From: a virus
Direction: 5' to 3' (one strand)
Virus record (IMG/VR): IMGVR_UViG_3300036832_000975
Span: 1,050-65,049 of that record
Length of the DNA: 64,000 bases
The translations under genes were made by a program, and so were the position numbers. Numbering within the stretch: the first letter of the stretch is position 1; each line of letters begins with the position of its first letter. The notes below the pieces were generated by a model, which did no database searches, was not told where the DNA came from, and saw only the letters and a program-made list of their open reading frames with translations. This document shows positions 1 to 10,776 of the stretch, in pieces.

Positions 1-1
1 G

Positions 2-100
2 AACGACGCGGTGACCTCGGTACCAGTCATAGACCCGCAAACGCAGCGTGTTACCGGGTATCGTGAACGGCTTCGGTTTCCCTATCGGCGTATGGATTGA
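2..100 (+). CDS. 3' end of a virion-module protein (partial)
   Basis: Open frame NDAVTSVPVIDPQTQRVTGYRERLRFPYRRMD* from the window edge, just upstream of the adaptor gene. Confidence 0.55.
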   Translation, partial: NDAVTSVPVIDPQTQRVTGYRERLRFPYRRMD

Positions 101-110
101 TAGGTGATCT

Positions 111-890
111 ATGCGTACAGACGAATTACTAAGTGAGTTGCGTCATCACATACTTCGGGATGTTTCCGATCAGGTCTCTGGTGCGTCGGACTATCTGTGG
201 TCTGATAACGGACTGATCAGGTACATCAACGAAGGGCAGACCCGGTTTGCCCGGCAAACCAAGTGCCTCCGTGATTCAGTGACGCCGCAAGTTTGTCAGT
301 TTACGACTGTGGATAATCAGCCATTCTATACGCTCGACCCTCATGTTGTCAGTGTTATATCTATCAAAATGACAGGTGATGTAGCTGATCTGGCTCGTGC
401 TGGACATGCTGATCTCGATACTTATCGTCAGCCGGATACCTACTTTTTTGATCCGGGTCAGCTTTCGAGCATGCCGCCAGGTAAGCCGGTGGCATGGACG
501 ACGGATGAGAGTGTGGTTCAGGAGATGGGCGGGTCTTACAGGGCGATCCAGTTGCGGCTCTATCCGACGCCGATAGTACCCTATGACGGCATTGTCGGTA
601 ACATGCGTGTCGCGCGGTTGCCGCTCGTTCCCTTGAGTATTAGTAAGCCGGATGCTTCTCCTGAGGTTCCGGAAGAGCATCACATGGATATCCTGAACTG
701 GGCAGCGTATCTAGCGCTGCGCGGGGTCGACCTCGACGTCGCCGGGGGTGGCGCCTGGGATCGTGCCAAGGAGTTCCGGGCTGCGTTCGACGACGCGGTC
801 AATGACATGAAAAGGGATGCGCAGTCCAAGATGTTCCGCCCACTGCAGTTTGGATTTGGTAGAAATGGTTTTAGTTGGGAGAGGTACTGA
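111..890 (+). CDS. Head-tail adaptor / tail tubular protein A-like
   Basis: LRHHILRD..YLWSD..LIRYINEGQ N-terminus, QLRLYPTP and PEEHHMDILNWAAYLA motifs typical of podoviral adaptors; position before ejection proteins. Confidence 0.65.
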   Translation: MRTDELLSELRHHILRDVSDQVSGASDYLWSDNGLIRYINEGQTRFARQTKCLRDSVTPQVCQFTTVDNQPFYTLDPHVVSVISIKMTGDVADLARAGHADLDTYRQPDTYFFDPGQLSSMPPGKPVAWTTDESVVQEMGGSYRAIQLRLYPTPIVPYDGIVGNMRVARLPLVPLSISKPDASPEVPEEHHMDILNWAAYLALRGVDLDVAGGGAWDRAKEFRAAFDDAVNDMKRDAQSKMFRPLQFGFGRNGFSWERY

Positions 891-891
891 C

Positions 892-1932
892 ATGGTAGCG
901 CTTCGACGCGGTATAGCACATTATCAGGGCGGTACCGAAGATACGACGGTATCTGCGCAGCCTGCGGTAACGCTGCAGCGTCCGTTGGTGTCTACGTCAG
1001 TAGCGCCAGCAACAACACCGGTAGTGTCAGCAACACCTGCGGTACCTGTGGCACCAGCAGCGCTGGCACAGCGATCGCCGCTCAGTACTATGGGGGATAT
1101 GTTTACTGGTGGGTTTGGTAATGTTCTAGCAGACCCACGAGCGTCAGCGTTTTCTCAGTATATTGCTGGGATAAATCAGGCTGCGCAAAACCAGGAGCGG
1201 GCACAAAATCTTGCTCGTGGGCCTTCTGTTTATGAGAAAGTGACTAAAGGTCTTTTTGGCGACCAGGCTGACTGGGCGGATATTCAGAAACGCGATGTCA
1301 CGGCTAAAACGTTAGGCGATCCGTTGGTGCAGCAGCATCTTACGGTCGATCCTCGTGCGTTAGCAACGGCCGAACAGGACCCGCACGGGTTTGCGGCTCA
1401 AGCTCAAGACCCGAGTTTCAGGGCGGAGATGATGAAAGCGGCGGCGATTCATAAAGCGGCAGCAGCCAATCCAAGGATAACTACTCCGGACGAGTACGAT
1501 GCGACTGTAGATAGAGCGCGTGACGCTAATGCTCATCCGGACGTAGCGCATGTCGCCGTTGCGCCTCAGAAATATACGGTGGATGATTTCGTCAACACCT
1601 TCAAGGGTATTCCGACAGCTACCTTCATGCAGTTGTTTGGTGCACAGCTTCAGCATGTTCAGACCCCGCAAGAGAAAGCAGCGACAAAGGTCTTTGATCA
1701 CATGCATGGTGTGTATGCCGATGCTAACCAGAGGGTCAAGGCTATGGAGGATGAGGACGCAGCACTATGGAAAGAGGGCAAATCTAAAAAGTACGACACA
1801 TACATGTTGCCGTTTACAGGGAAGAATCCTTACAACACAGCAAAAGAAGAGCGGGACAAAGCGATGAAGGCTACCATGGATGCATTGTCCCAGTTCAGTG
1901 GAATATCCAACAAAGGCTACGTGGTACCGTAG
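892..1932 (+). CDS. Putative internal virion (ejection) protein
   Basis: Likely start ATG 892 after GAGG; Ala/Gln-rich helical sequence; lies between adaptor and the giant internal protein. Confidence 0.5.
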   Translation: MVALRRGIAHYQGGTEDTTVSAQPAVTLQRPLVSTSVAPATTPVVSATPAVPVAPAALAQRSPLSTMGDMFTGGFGNVLADPRASAFSQYIAGINQAAQNQERAQNLARGPSVYEKVTKGLFGDQADWADIQKRDVTAKTLGDPLVQQHLTVDPRALATAEQDPHGFAAQAQDPSFRAEMMKAAAIHKAAAANPRITTPDEYDATVDRARDANAHPDVAHVAVAPQKYTVDDFVNTFKGIPTATFMQLFGAQLQHVQTPQEKAATKVFDHMHGVYADANQRVKAMEDEDAALWKEGKSKKYDTYMLPFTGKNPYNTAKEERDKAMKATMDALSQFSGISNKGYVVP

Positions 1933-1941
1933 GCGAGAACG

Positions 1942-4900
1942 ATGGCTGAGCTGTACGATACTCCGTGGTTTAATACCAACTTGCCGCTGTCCGAGCCGGG
2001 TGCGTCGGCGTTACCGACGCGGCAGTTGCCGGCCGAGGTTCCGGCGACTGGCACTGGTGACTGGTTCACCTCTGGTGTCATGGCTGGTTTTCATGGAGCG
2101 CTCTCGGAGGGTGCCCGAGCGCTCCAGGCTGGTGCTCAGATGATGGGCTCGCCTGGTGCGGCCCAATCTCTCGCTGAGTTTGCTCAGGAGCATCATGCCC
2201 GCGAACAGTCGTACGCGCGTCCCGATCTGGAAGCCAACCCGTGGTCGCCCGCCGGGATCGGTTACCAGATCGCGCGTATGGTGCCGATGGGGGCTGCAGC
2301 TATTGGTGGGACCGCAATCGGGGCAGCGACAGCACCTGAAGCTGCAGCTGGGGCTGGTGCTGCGGCTATAGCTGCAGCGGCAAGGACAGCCTTTACTCGT
2401 CGTCTGGCGGGCGCTGCAGGGGCGATGTACCTCCCCGCCGCTGGAGCGAACGTTCAACGGCAGATCACTGAGACTGGCGAGCTTACCACTCCAGGCAAGG
2501 CGCTGGGACTTGGAGTGCCGGAAGCGATTGTGCAAGGAATATTGCCGGGACGACTGGAGAAGTTTTTCGGGGAAGGAATTTTGCGGGGGATCGCTCATTC
2601 TGCAGCGGCGCAAGGTGTTGCTGGTGGCGTGACCGAAGGATTGACCCAGTTGCTGGGTGACCCGAATCGTGGGTTCGCCGATCGAGCGGCTGCTATCGGA
2701 CAATCGACCTTGAGTGGCGCAGCACTTGGTGGGATCGTCGGCGGAGCGTTCGGTGGTCTTCATGCGCTTGTCGGTAAACCAGCGCAGAGCATCAAGACTG
2801 AAGACCTTAGTAAGTCGGTTGATCAGGCGCTCGAACCGCCGGCACAGGGGCAGCTCCCATTAACTGGCGGTGGAGTGCGTCAGGGGCAGCCGCAAGGTGA
2901 GCTGCCATTACAGGCACCTCGCCAACCGCCTGAACGTCAGTTGGGCCTATTCGGTATGCCTGGGACGCAGACCGATCTATTTCGACCTGAAGAACCTGCG
3001 CCGCGGGTGGCAGAGGCGGCACCTGCTGCTGAGCCTCCTGCCGCACCTGCACCCCCCGCTGCTGAACCTCCGCCATACGTAATAGATTTCACCAAGGGCA
3101 GGGTCAAGGAGGTTACGGCGGAGTATGAAAAAGCGACGCCAGAACAACAAGAAGAAATGGTACAGCCGTTGATCGATCAGATTATCGAACGTGGCGGTAA
3201 ACCAACAAAGCCACAGGAGAAATGGATCAAGGCGCTTGGGCTCGATATTTTGGACAAGGATACAGGTTACCTCAAGGACGAATTGATCCCGGAGCGGCCG
3301 CTTGAAGAGCCGCCAGAGCTTACAGCTGAGCCTGCTGCGTCGGTAGATCCAGGAGAACGGATCGAGTTTGCGAGCGCGGGGGCGCGGCGAGCGCCTGAGG
3401 GAACTGTCACGCAAGGAGTTACAAGACGTGCTCCTGTACCAGCTACTGCTGCGGAGCTGGCAGCTATCGAACGTAACAAGCAGCTCACGCAAGAGCTAAT
3501 TAATGCACCACGAGCTGTGTCTACTGACCCCAATGCGGGTAGGGTTGGCTATGCTTCTGCGGGGGCGGAACGTCAGCAGCCTTCTATACCTGAGGTGCCT
3601 CCTGCTGAACTAGCTCCTGCGACAGACTATACCGGCCCGCTTCATAGTCAGATTCATCCTAAGGATGAGGCTGCCCAGGCTGCTTATCAGCTTGGGCACC
3701 AGGACGCGCGCGCCGATATTTATCGAGAGTTTCCCGGTGATCCTAAGTTCGGCTATGCCTACGAACGCGGGCGCAACGACGGCAGAGCCGCCATGAGGGC
3801 TGCTCGTGATGTTCCGATCAAGACTGTGGATGATCGTGCTGATGTTCGTGACGTGGTTCGAAAGGATATCAACACGATCGATGATCCTGTTATACAGGGT
3901 CGTCTCAAGGAAAAGGTAGATAAAATAGATGCAATGTTGCCGGGTGCAGCGGAGCGTCCGAATTCGGATTTTGCTACGTCGCTCAACACACTGTTATCGC
4001 GCTTGCGTACGGAGACCCAGGAGGCCGCACAACCATCCCCAGACCAAATAGCGCCTCCGCCCCTGAGATCGTCGCCGCGCGCCGAGGCGGTGCCGGCACC
4101 GATGGTTGATCTTGGTGCTGCTGTGGAGGGCGCGCAGAGTGAGCTATCGAAATTCAAAAATATGCTGGGGAGAGGTCAAGCGGATGCGCTGGCAGGGGTC
4201 GAACAGCATTCGAAATGGCTAGCGGAGGTCAATAGAGCAGGGCCGGATGAGTTACAGGCTGCTTTGGCAAAAGACCCTGAAGCCTTGGCGGCCGCCGAGA
4301 CACCCGATGTAGCGGATTTGGGTGGTCTTAGACAGCTGAGTACTCCACAAAAGAAACAGCTGGCTGCGTACCTGAACGCTCAGGGTGAGGTGCTCAAGGC
4401 TTTGCGTGGACCCGAATCGCGCGCGCGAGTTGTCGCCTCGCGAGACGGGCTACCGGTAAAGCAGCTCGACGCCGATCTGGCGGACATGCATGTGCGTGGC
4501 GTCAAGTTGACTGACGCTCTCGATCACATCACCGAACACAGCGCCGATCCGGAGGAGGCTGAGCTTGCGGCGTGGATCAAGCAAGGTGTGCCGGAAGATG
4601 TAACGACGTCTTTCAGAGATGGTGTTACCGACAAAGAAGGCGAGTACTTTCCTAAGCAGCGGCTTTCGACACTCTACAATGCAGCAGATGCAACGGTAAC
4701 CACGCTTCATGAAGCAATACATGCGGCGCTGTCTCGGGTGCTCGATGGTAATAGTGCTCCGGCACGAGCCATTCGTGGTATTTATAATCAGCTCAAAGAT
4801 AAGGGGGATCACGCCGGTATAGCCAACGAACACGAGATGGTGGCTGAGGTCGCCAATCCGGTTTACCGGGCCTGGCTAAAGTCGCAGATCGTTCACGGCA

Positions 4901-7900
4901 CCAGCATGTGGGATCGGTTCATCGACGCGGCACGTGGTATCATCGGTCTTCCTCCACGTCTTTTCAATGCGTTCGATCGCATCATGTCGCATGGCGATGA
5001 CTTGATGCAGGAGCAGAAGCTGTACCCGAATAATGAGTGGGTAGGACCCGACAGTTACGCCAGAGTAGCGAATAAAGGAACAGGTACTGCGGCAGCTGCT
5101 GCTGATTATGCTGATAGGTCGTTAAGCGAGAAACTTTCTAACGGTATGCTCAATGTCAGAGAGTTCATACGCAACATTGTAAATGGTTGGAGTCCTGGTC
5201 AGTGGCTTGCTAGAAACCCGGTATTTAATAAGCTTTCTCCTAATATACAGGAATATGTTAATTCGCTGGGGATGGAGGACCCTCGAAAAAAGCAGCTAGG
5301 ACGAGCAGCTATAGTTGCCGACCGACAAGCACGGGCACTTCCTGTGGAGGGGCAAGAGCTTTTGAACCAGGTCATAGCGGCATCGACTTCTTACGGATTC
5401 CATCCGGATCGGTCGCTTGCCGATTATTCGGAGATTCATGACGATCCGACTCGGGTGCAGCAATTCAATGTAGTCAAGGATTTGTGGAACCAGCTCGGAA
5501 AAATTCCTGGCGGTCAAGAAGCGTACAACACGTGGCGTTCAACCCTGTCAGCGTTGGGGCATATGACCGCCGTACATAATCTACAGGTAACAGAGCGCGC
5601 CACGGGATTGGCGGCGGTTGATTCGTTCAGGAAGTTCGATGGTCGCGATGATCTAACCAATCAGCCGAAGCTAAGTGACGTGTATTGGCAGAAGGAATTG
5701 AATGACAAGATTGCAGTCAACAAGGAATTCAATAACCAGCTGTCTGCTCAGAAGGCTACAGTAGATACACAGCTCGCTGCGATAAAGTTCAAGAAAGACT
5801 ATCCGAAGGAGCTTGTGAAACAAAGCGCCGATCTGGGGTCTGCGATTGACAAGCTTGATGCAGCAGTCAAGTTGGCGGAAGCTGAGCAGAAGAGAATGTT
5901 CAAGGAGCCGTATTTCCATCTTGGGCGTAAAGGAGATTATTTCTATACCGGTAAGCTGGTTACGAAGCCAGGCGAGATAGACGAGGAAACCGGGAAGCCT
6001 GATAAACAGATAGTAGATAAAGATGCGCTTTCCGAGTTTGCCGATCATTTGGAAAAGAACGGTATCAACGATGTGGCGATCATGGAAGGCAACCAGCATG
6101 GCACCTTCTACACGCGGGTAGAGACTCCTGCTCAGTTGGGTGCGCTACACAAAGTAATGCAAGAGGCGCAGAAAGCAGGTCTGTTAGCGGACTCGCCACT
6201 GGCAAGCGGTAAGATACTTGACTCGCATATTTTCAATAGAGTTGCCACGCAAGCAACGCAGGATGTTATCGAGCGGCTGCGGGCAAACCGTCCGATAGCT
6301 CCTGAAGGAACGGACCAAGCTGTAATGGACAAGGCGCATTACGCGCAAATACAGGATTTACAACGTACGCTTTTGAATATGACGCCAGAAACATCAATGA
6401 ACCGATTGATGGCGCATCGGCAGAATGTACAGGGCTTCAGCAAGGACATGCTGCGAAGTCAGGGCTATGCAGCAGATGTTTCGGCGTTCGGTCTCGCTCG
6501 TCAGTCACTGATGCATGAAACTAGTGCGTTCGAAGCAGGTATGCTGAAGGATGTCGAGAATGCCAATCGTAACCCTGATGTTGATCTGAACACGAGGTTG
6601 GGTCTTGCGAGTACGGTAGCGGAGCTGATGAGTGGGCAGCGGCTCAGGCAAACTTACGTACCCAAAGATTGGAAAGACGCGGCTCGTCAGTTTACCAACT
6701 TCCTGCATATCGGCATGAGCTCGGCGTATTTCCCGATGCAGATGAGCCAGCTAGCAATAACCGGCGCTCCGGAGCTTGCTAAGCTGCAGGGCTCCGGTCT
6801 TTCCGGTTACGGCCCGGCGTTCATGGCGATGCAGCGGGCAGTGACGCCGACTATGAAGGCTCTTGCTGCAACAGTTAGAAGTCCGGATGGGTTGACGGCT
6901 GGGATTACGCGCGAGGGTCTAGAAAAAAGTACACTCACACCAGCGCAAATCAACACGATCATGGGGATGGAGCTGCGAGGGTCGTTGGGATCGTACACTG
7001 CGTCAGTAAGCGAGCATCCAGCATTGACCGGTACGATGCTGAAAGCGGCGAACACGTTGGGCACGTATGCTGATCTTGCTCCTAGAGTGATCATGGGTCT
7101 CGCTGCTGATGAGCTTTATACGGCAAAAGGCCACCCCACACTGTCGAGAGAACAATTCATCGACCGCGCGATTGGCGATAGCCAGGGCTACTACAGTGCT
7201 GCACTTGGCGCACGGCAGATGGGTAGAGGTGGTTTGCTTGGTTCTTATACGCCGATGACCATGCAGTTTCAGACGTGGAATATCAATTTGACCAACAAGA
7301 TTTATCGTGAGGTGCATGATGCATTCAAAGGCGAGGATGCGCAGACGAAGAAAGATGCTCGTACGTGGCTGCTCGGGCACGCGGCAGCAACGACAATGTT
7401 GGCAGGTACGTTGGGGCTGCCGGCGGTGTCAGTAGCGGCTTCGGTCTATGACAAGTTGATGGACCTGGTCACGAACCGTGACGACCACGACATAACGGCG
7501 TCGTACCGGACTTTCCTGGCGAACACATTCGGCAAGGACATGGGCGAGATCATCGCTCGTGGATTGCCACGCGCAGCAGGGGTGGACTTCGCGAATTGGG
7601 GTGAAGGGGAAATTATACCTGGTACAGCCAGTCTGAAAATCTTCACCGAGAAGCGTAAGTGGGAGGATGTGGAGAAAGATTGGTTTAAGTCCATGGGTGG
7701 TCCGGCGCTTGATACGATGTTCCAGGTCGGTCTGGCGGCGCGAGATATCACGAACGGTGACTACCTCGAAGGATTGGGCCGGCTGGCGCCTGGGTTGGTT
7801 GCTGGTCCTATGAAAGCCTACAGGCTCGGTCAGGATGGATTTGTCGATCAGCATGGGCAGAAGTTGCCGATGTCGAGCCCAGGTGCTCTCGACATTGCGC

Positions 7901-8253
7901 TGACTGCGATGGGGCTCAAGCCACAGAAGCAGGCCGAGTATCAGGAGGTAGCTCGGGAAGAATCCGGGTTGCGGGCCATGCGTGAGGCGAGTTCAGCGAA
8001 CATCAGCGAGCACCTGAGGCAAGCATGGACGCAGCACGACCAGGGGGGGTTCAACGCCTGGATGGCTGAAGCGCAAAGGTGGCAAGTGCAACATCCTGGC
8101 ATGGTGCCGCCGCAGGCCACCTTTGGACGGGCGCTTGAGAACCATCTGAACCAGCTTGCGCAAGCGCGTGCCACGGGTTTACCGATCGGGGTGTTGCCGC
8201 GGGATGTCGGCGGTCGTGGATTACTTCAATACGGCAACATACCGATGCAGTGA
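1942..8253 (+). CDS. 2103-aa internal virion/ejection protein of the large polyvalent protein type with a zincin-like HExxH domain
   Basis: Gly/Ala hydrophobic N-terminus, Pro-rich linker, TTLHEAIHAAL (4708-4722) followed by EHEMVAE, helical C-terminal region. Confidence 0.7.
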   Translation: MAELYDTPWFNTNLPLSEPGASALPTRQLPAEVPATGTGDWFTSGVMAGFHGALSEGARALQAGAQMMGSPGAAQSLAEFAQEHHAREQSYARPDLEANPWSPAGIGYQIARMVPMGAAAIGGTAIGAATAPEAAAGAGAAAIAAAARTAFTRRLAGAAGAMYLPAAGANVQRQITETGELTTPGKALGLGVPEAIVQGILPGRLEKFFGEGILRGIAHSAAAQGVAGGVTEGLTQLLGDPNRGFADRAAAIGQSTLSGAALGGIVGGAFGGLHALVGKPAQSIKTEDLSKSVDQALEPPAQGQLPLTGGGVRQGQPQGELPLQAPRQPPERQLGLFGMPGTQTDLFRPEEPAPRVAEAAPAAEPPAAPAPPAAEPPPYVIDFTKGRVKEVTAEYEKATPEQQEEMVQPLIDQIIERGGKPTKPQEKWIKALGLDILDKDTGYLKDELIPERPLEEPPELTAEPAASVDPGERIEFASAGARRAPEGTVTQGVTRRAPVPATAAELAAIERNKQLTQELINAPRAVSTDPNAGRVGYASAGAERQQPSIPEVPPAELAPATDYTGPLHSQIHPKDEAAQAAYQLGHQDARADIYREFPGDPKFGYAYERGRNDGRAAMRAARDVPIKTVDDRADVRDVVRKDINTIDDPVIQGRLKEKVDKIDAMLPGAAERPNSDFATSLNTLLSRLRTETQEAAQPSPDQIAPPPLRSSPRAEAVPAPMVDLGAAVEGAQSELSKFKNMLGRGQADALAGVEQHSKWLAEVNRAGPDELQAALAKDPEALAAAETPDVADLGGLRQLSTPQKKQLAAYLNAQGEVLKALRGPESRARVVASRDGLPVKQLDADLADMHVRGVKLTDALDHITEHSADPEEAELAAWIKQGVPEDVTTSFRDGVTDKEGEYFPKQRLSTLYNAADATVTTLHEAIHAALSRVLDGNSAPARAIRGIYNQLKDKGDHAGIANEHEMVAEVANPVYRAWLKSQIVHGTSMWDRFIDAARGIIGLPPRLFNAFDRIMSHGDDLMQEQKLYPNNEWVGPDSYARVANKGTGTAAAAADYADRSLSEKLSNGMLNVREFIRNIVNGWSPGQWLARNPVFNKLSPNIQEYVNSLGMEDPRKKQLGRAAIVADRQARALPVEGQELLNQVIAASTSYGFHPDRSLADYSEIHDDPTRVQQFNVVKDLWNQLGKIPGGQEAYNTWRSTLSALGHMTAVHNLQVTERATGLAAVDSFRKFDGRDDLTNQPKLSDVYWQKELNDKIAVNKEFNNQLSAQKATVDTQLAAIKFKKDYPKELVKQSADLGSAIDKLDAAVKLAEAEQKRMFKEPYFHLGRKGDYFYTGKLVTKPGEIDEETGKPDKQIVDKDALSEFADHLEKNGINDVAIMEGNQHGTFYTRVETPAQLGALHKVMQEAQKAGLLADSPLASGKILDSHIFNRVATQATQDVIERLRANRPIAPEGTDQAVMDKAHYAQIQDLQRTLLNMTPETSMNRLMAHRQNVQGFSKDMLRSQGYAADVSAFGLARQSLMHETSAFEAGMLKDVENANRNPDVDLNTRLGLASTVAELMSGQRLRQTYVPKDWKDAARQFTNFLHIGMSSAYFPMQMSQLAITGAPELAKLQGSGLSGYGPAFMAMQRAVTPTMKALAATVRSPDGLTAGITREGLEKSTLTPAQINTIMGMELRGSLGSYTASVSEHPALTGTMLKAANTLGTYADLAPRVIMGLAADELYTAKGHPTLSREQFIDRAIGDSQGYYSAALGARQMGRGGLLGSYTPMTMQFQTWNINLTNKIYREVHDAFKGEDAQTKKDARTWLLGHAAATTMLAGTLGLPAVSVAASVYDKLMDLVTNRDDHDITASYRTFLANTFGKDMGEIIARGLPRAAGVDFANWGEGEIIPGTASLKIFTEKRKWEDVEKDWFKSMGGPALDTMFQVGLAARDITNGDYLEGLGRLAPGLVAGPMKAYRLGQDGFVDQHGQKLPMSSPGALDIALTAMGLKPQKQAEYQEVAREESGLRAMREASSANISEHLRQAWTQHDQGGFNAWMAEAQRWQVQHPGMVPPQATFGRALENHLNQLAQARATGLPIGVLPRDVGGRGLLQYGNIPMQ

Positions 8254-9371
8254 TGGCACAGAACCAATTTCTTCGACAAGCTCAGAACGCTCCACTGCCG
8301 GCGCCTGCCGAGGTCGGCAAGGTCCTGAACAGCTGGGATGGGTTGAAAAACACTCTGCAGCCAGAGCGACTAGGCGACAAGGACCTGGTCCGCGCGCGGA
8401 ACGTCGTCCTGGATGACAGTGGACAACCGTCCCGGCGGCGCGGCTACACGTTGAAGCTCCACGGCAATGTGCACTCGCTGTTCACGTCATACCAGGGGGT
8501 GGTGCTGGGTGTCGTCAACAGTGAGCTGAGTGTCATCAACCCTGATTATTCTTACCAGCCGCTGGCGTTCATCAGCACGGACCCGGCGAGTGGCATGCTG
8601 CCGCTGGCTTATGCCCAGGTGGGCGACCTGGTCTATTACGTGGGCGAGATCGACCGCGGTGTGGTGAACGTCCCTGAGCGTAGTTGGAGTTCGTGGGGCG
8701 ATCCGAACGATCTCTGGCTCTCTCCTGTCGTTAACCCGACCGAGACCTTACCGCCGGTCGCCGGGCGGCTTCTGAAGCAGCCGCCGCACGCGACCTGCAT
8801 GACCTACTTCAATGGCAGACTCTATCTCGGTCAGGGCCCGACGCTGTGGGTGACTGAGCTTTATCTATATAATTTTGTCGACGCGACGGCTGGGTACAAG
8901 TTGTTCGAGGCCGACATCACCATGATCGGGACGGTGACCGATGGCGTCTATGTTGGGACGAAAGAAGGTATCTGGTTTCTGTCTGGGCCGACTTTTGCCG
9001 AGATGAAGCGCACGCGGGTCATGGACTCGGGTGCGATCCCTGGCTCCATGGTGGACATCTCCGGTGAGCTTGTGAACCCGCCTCAGGTGCCGCTCGTGGC
9101 GACAACGCCGATCGAGTCGGCGATCATGTTCATGACGAACAAGGGTGTCTGTGTTGGACTCGACGGTGGCAAGGTGACCAGCATGACGGAGACCAAGTAC
9201 ATCTTCCCGGATTCGGTGAGCGCCGCGGCGCTGTACCGTAAGCAAGATGGCATCAACCAGTACATCGCTACGCTGCAGAATGCCGGCTCACCGACGCAGT
9301 CGGCGGCGATCGGTGACTATCTCGATGTCACGATCATTCGTGGGTCAGGATTTCCAAACGGTAGGTCATGA
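8250..9371 (+). CDS. Tail nozzle/stabilisation-like structural protein
   Basis: GLKNTLQPERL..LVRARNVVLDDSGQPSRRRGY N-terminal motif; beta-rich; tail-module context. Confidence 0.5.
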   Translation: MMAQNQFLRQAQNAPLPAPAEVGKVLNSWDGLKNTLQPERLGDKDLVRARNVVLDDSGQPSRRRGYTLKLHGNVHSLFTSYQGVVLGVVNSELSVINPDYSYQPLAFISTDPASGMLPLAYAQVGDLVYYVGEIDRGVVNVPERSWSSWGDPNDLWLSPVVNPTETLPPVAGRLLKQPPHATCMTYFNGRLYLGQGPTLWVTELYLYNFVDATAGYKLFEADITMIGTVTDGVYVGTKEGIWFLSGPTFAEMKRTRVMDSGAIPGSMVDISGELVNPPQVPLVATTPIESAIMFMTNKGVCVGLDGGKVTSMTETKYIFPDSVSAAALYRKQDGINQYIATLQNAGSPTQSAAIGDYLDVTIIRGSGFPNGRS

Positions 9372-10363
9372 CAATGGATAGACCAACGATCAGTGATGGT
9401 GACTACGGTTCGTTGGTGCGCCTCGTGCAGGAGTGCCTGGTGTGCGAATCGTTGGATGGCTCGTTCGGTCCCGAGACCGAGAACGCCGTAAAGGCGTTCC
9501 AGGACGCCCACAACCTGGACAACGACGGTATTGTCGGGCCGCAAACGTGGGACAAGCTCGCCGAGGTCTTTGACCTGCCACTCTACCCGGCGCCGATGCT
9601 CAGGCCGTTGCCGAAGGATGTGGTCGACGAGATCGAGGAGGTCGCGGCTATGAGTGACGCTGCCGACCTGATCTGGGACGATCGTGGTGTTGCGCCAGCG
9701 GGCTATATCAAGGGCATGGCGCTGGCTTACGCCACGTGCGTTCGCAAGTTCAAGATCGGCGATATGACGGTGCACGAGATCGCCAAGGCCGAGACCGGAG
9801 ATACCGATCATGACGCGCTCGCGCTCTACCGCAAGCAGTTTCAGAAGCTTGGCATGAACAACAACGTTCCAGGGCGGAACGTGCTACGGAATGTGTTCGT
9901 GTTCCTGCTCGGGCTCGGGATGCGCGAAAGCTCAGGCCAGCATTGCTGCGGGCGCGACCAGAGCGCTGGAGAGAGCAGCCAGAGCGCCGACACTTATGAG
10001 GCCGGGCTCTTCCAGACTAGCTGGAACTACCATGTGTGCGCGATCGACGCCGAGACGCTGTTCGACGAGTATTATCACGCCCTAGAGCGCCAGGAGCCTC
10101 AGTGCCAGCTTGGGGCGTTCGAGAAGGGCGTGAGCTGCGACGGCGATGACTGGGAGAACTACGGCTCGGGTACGGGCGCGCAGTTCCAGGAGCTATCCAA
10201 AGTTTGTCCGGCTTTTGCGGTCGAGAGCGCCGCGGTGGGCATCCGCAATGTGCGCAAGCACTGGGGCCCGATCGGTCGTATGGAGGTCGAGATCATGTCC
10301 GCGGCTGAGGACCTGTTTCGGGAGGTCGACGAGATTCTGGCTGCCAGCGAGGCTGTTGCCTAG
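9368..10363 (+). CDS. Modular endolysin: peptidoglycan-binding domain plus lysozyme-like catalytic domain
   Basis: DGSFGPETENAVKAFQDAHNLDNDGIVGPQTW (PG_binding_1); GMRESSG and EAGLFQTSWN (lysozyme-fold catalytic Glu and GLFQ motifs). Confidence 0.8.
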   Translation: MTMDRPTISDGDYGSLVRLVQECLVCESLDGSFGPETENAVKAFQDAHNLDNDGIVGPQTWDKLAEVFDLPLYPAPMLRPLPKDVVDEIEEVAAMSDAADLIWDDRGVAPAGYIKGMALAYATCVRKFKIGDMTVHEIAKAETGDTDHDALALYRKQFQKLGMNNNVPGRNVLRNVFVFLLGLGMRESSGQHCCGRDQSAGESSQSADTYEAGLFQTSWNYHVCAIDAETLFDEYYHALERQEPQCQLGAFEKGVSCDGDDWENYGSGTGAQFQELSKVCPAFAVESAAVGIRNVRKHWGPIGRMEVEIMSAAEDLFREVDEILAASEAVA

Positions 10364-10752
10364 GCTGGGCTCGCTGTAACGCGCATCTGTTCAACCAGGA
10401 CAACGCTAGTCGGGGCCGGGAAATCCACGAATTTGGAGGGGACGACAGTGATCTCGCCGACGTTCTGGACGGTGATGGTGCCGTCTGCAAGAGTGGCTCT
10501 AACCTCGTATTGGTACGTGGTTAGGGCCAGGTTGGTCTGCTGGTCCGGGGCGATCTCGAACTGGTAGCCGCCCGTGGTAGGAGGATCGAGGATTATGCCA
10601 GTCAGGTCGAAGATCATCGAATTGCCCAGTGTGACGCGCAATCGTATGGTGGCGCTGGTGAGGTCGACGATGATGCCGTTGGCGTCTCGAACATAGCCGG
10701 CAATGACCCAGGTTTCGCCGATGTAGAAGGTGCCGCTCTGCCAGATGCTCAT
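10360..10752 (-). CDS. BppU-N-like Ig-fold protein, antisense to the tail module
   Basis: YIGETW..VRDANG..VDLTSATIRL..YQYEVRATLADG..V..G.ITV pattern; convergent 4-nt overlap with the endolysin. Confidence 0.55.
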   Translation of the reverse strand: MSIWQSGTFYIGETWVIAGYVRDANGIIVDLTSATIRLRVTLGNSMIFDLTGIILDPPTTGGYQFEIAPDQQTNLALTTYQYEVRATLADGTITVQNVGEITVVPSKFVDFPAPTSVVLVEQMRVTASPA

Positions 10753-10776
10753 GGTCTAACCTTAGGAGGGTTTCCG

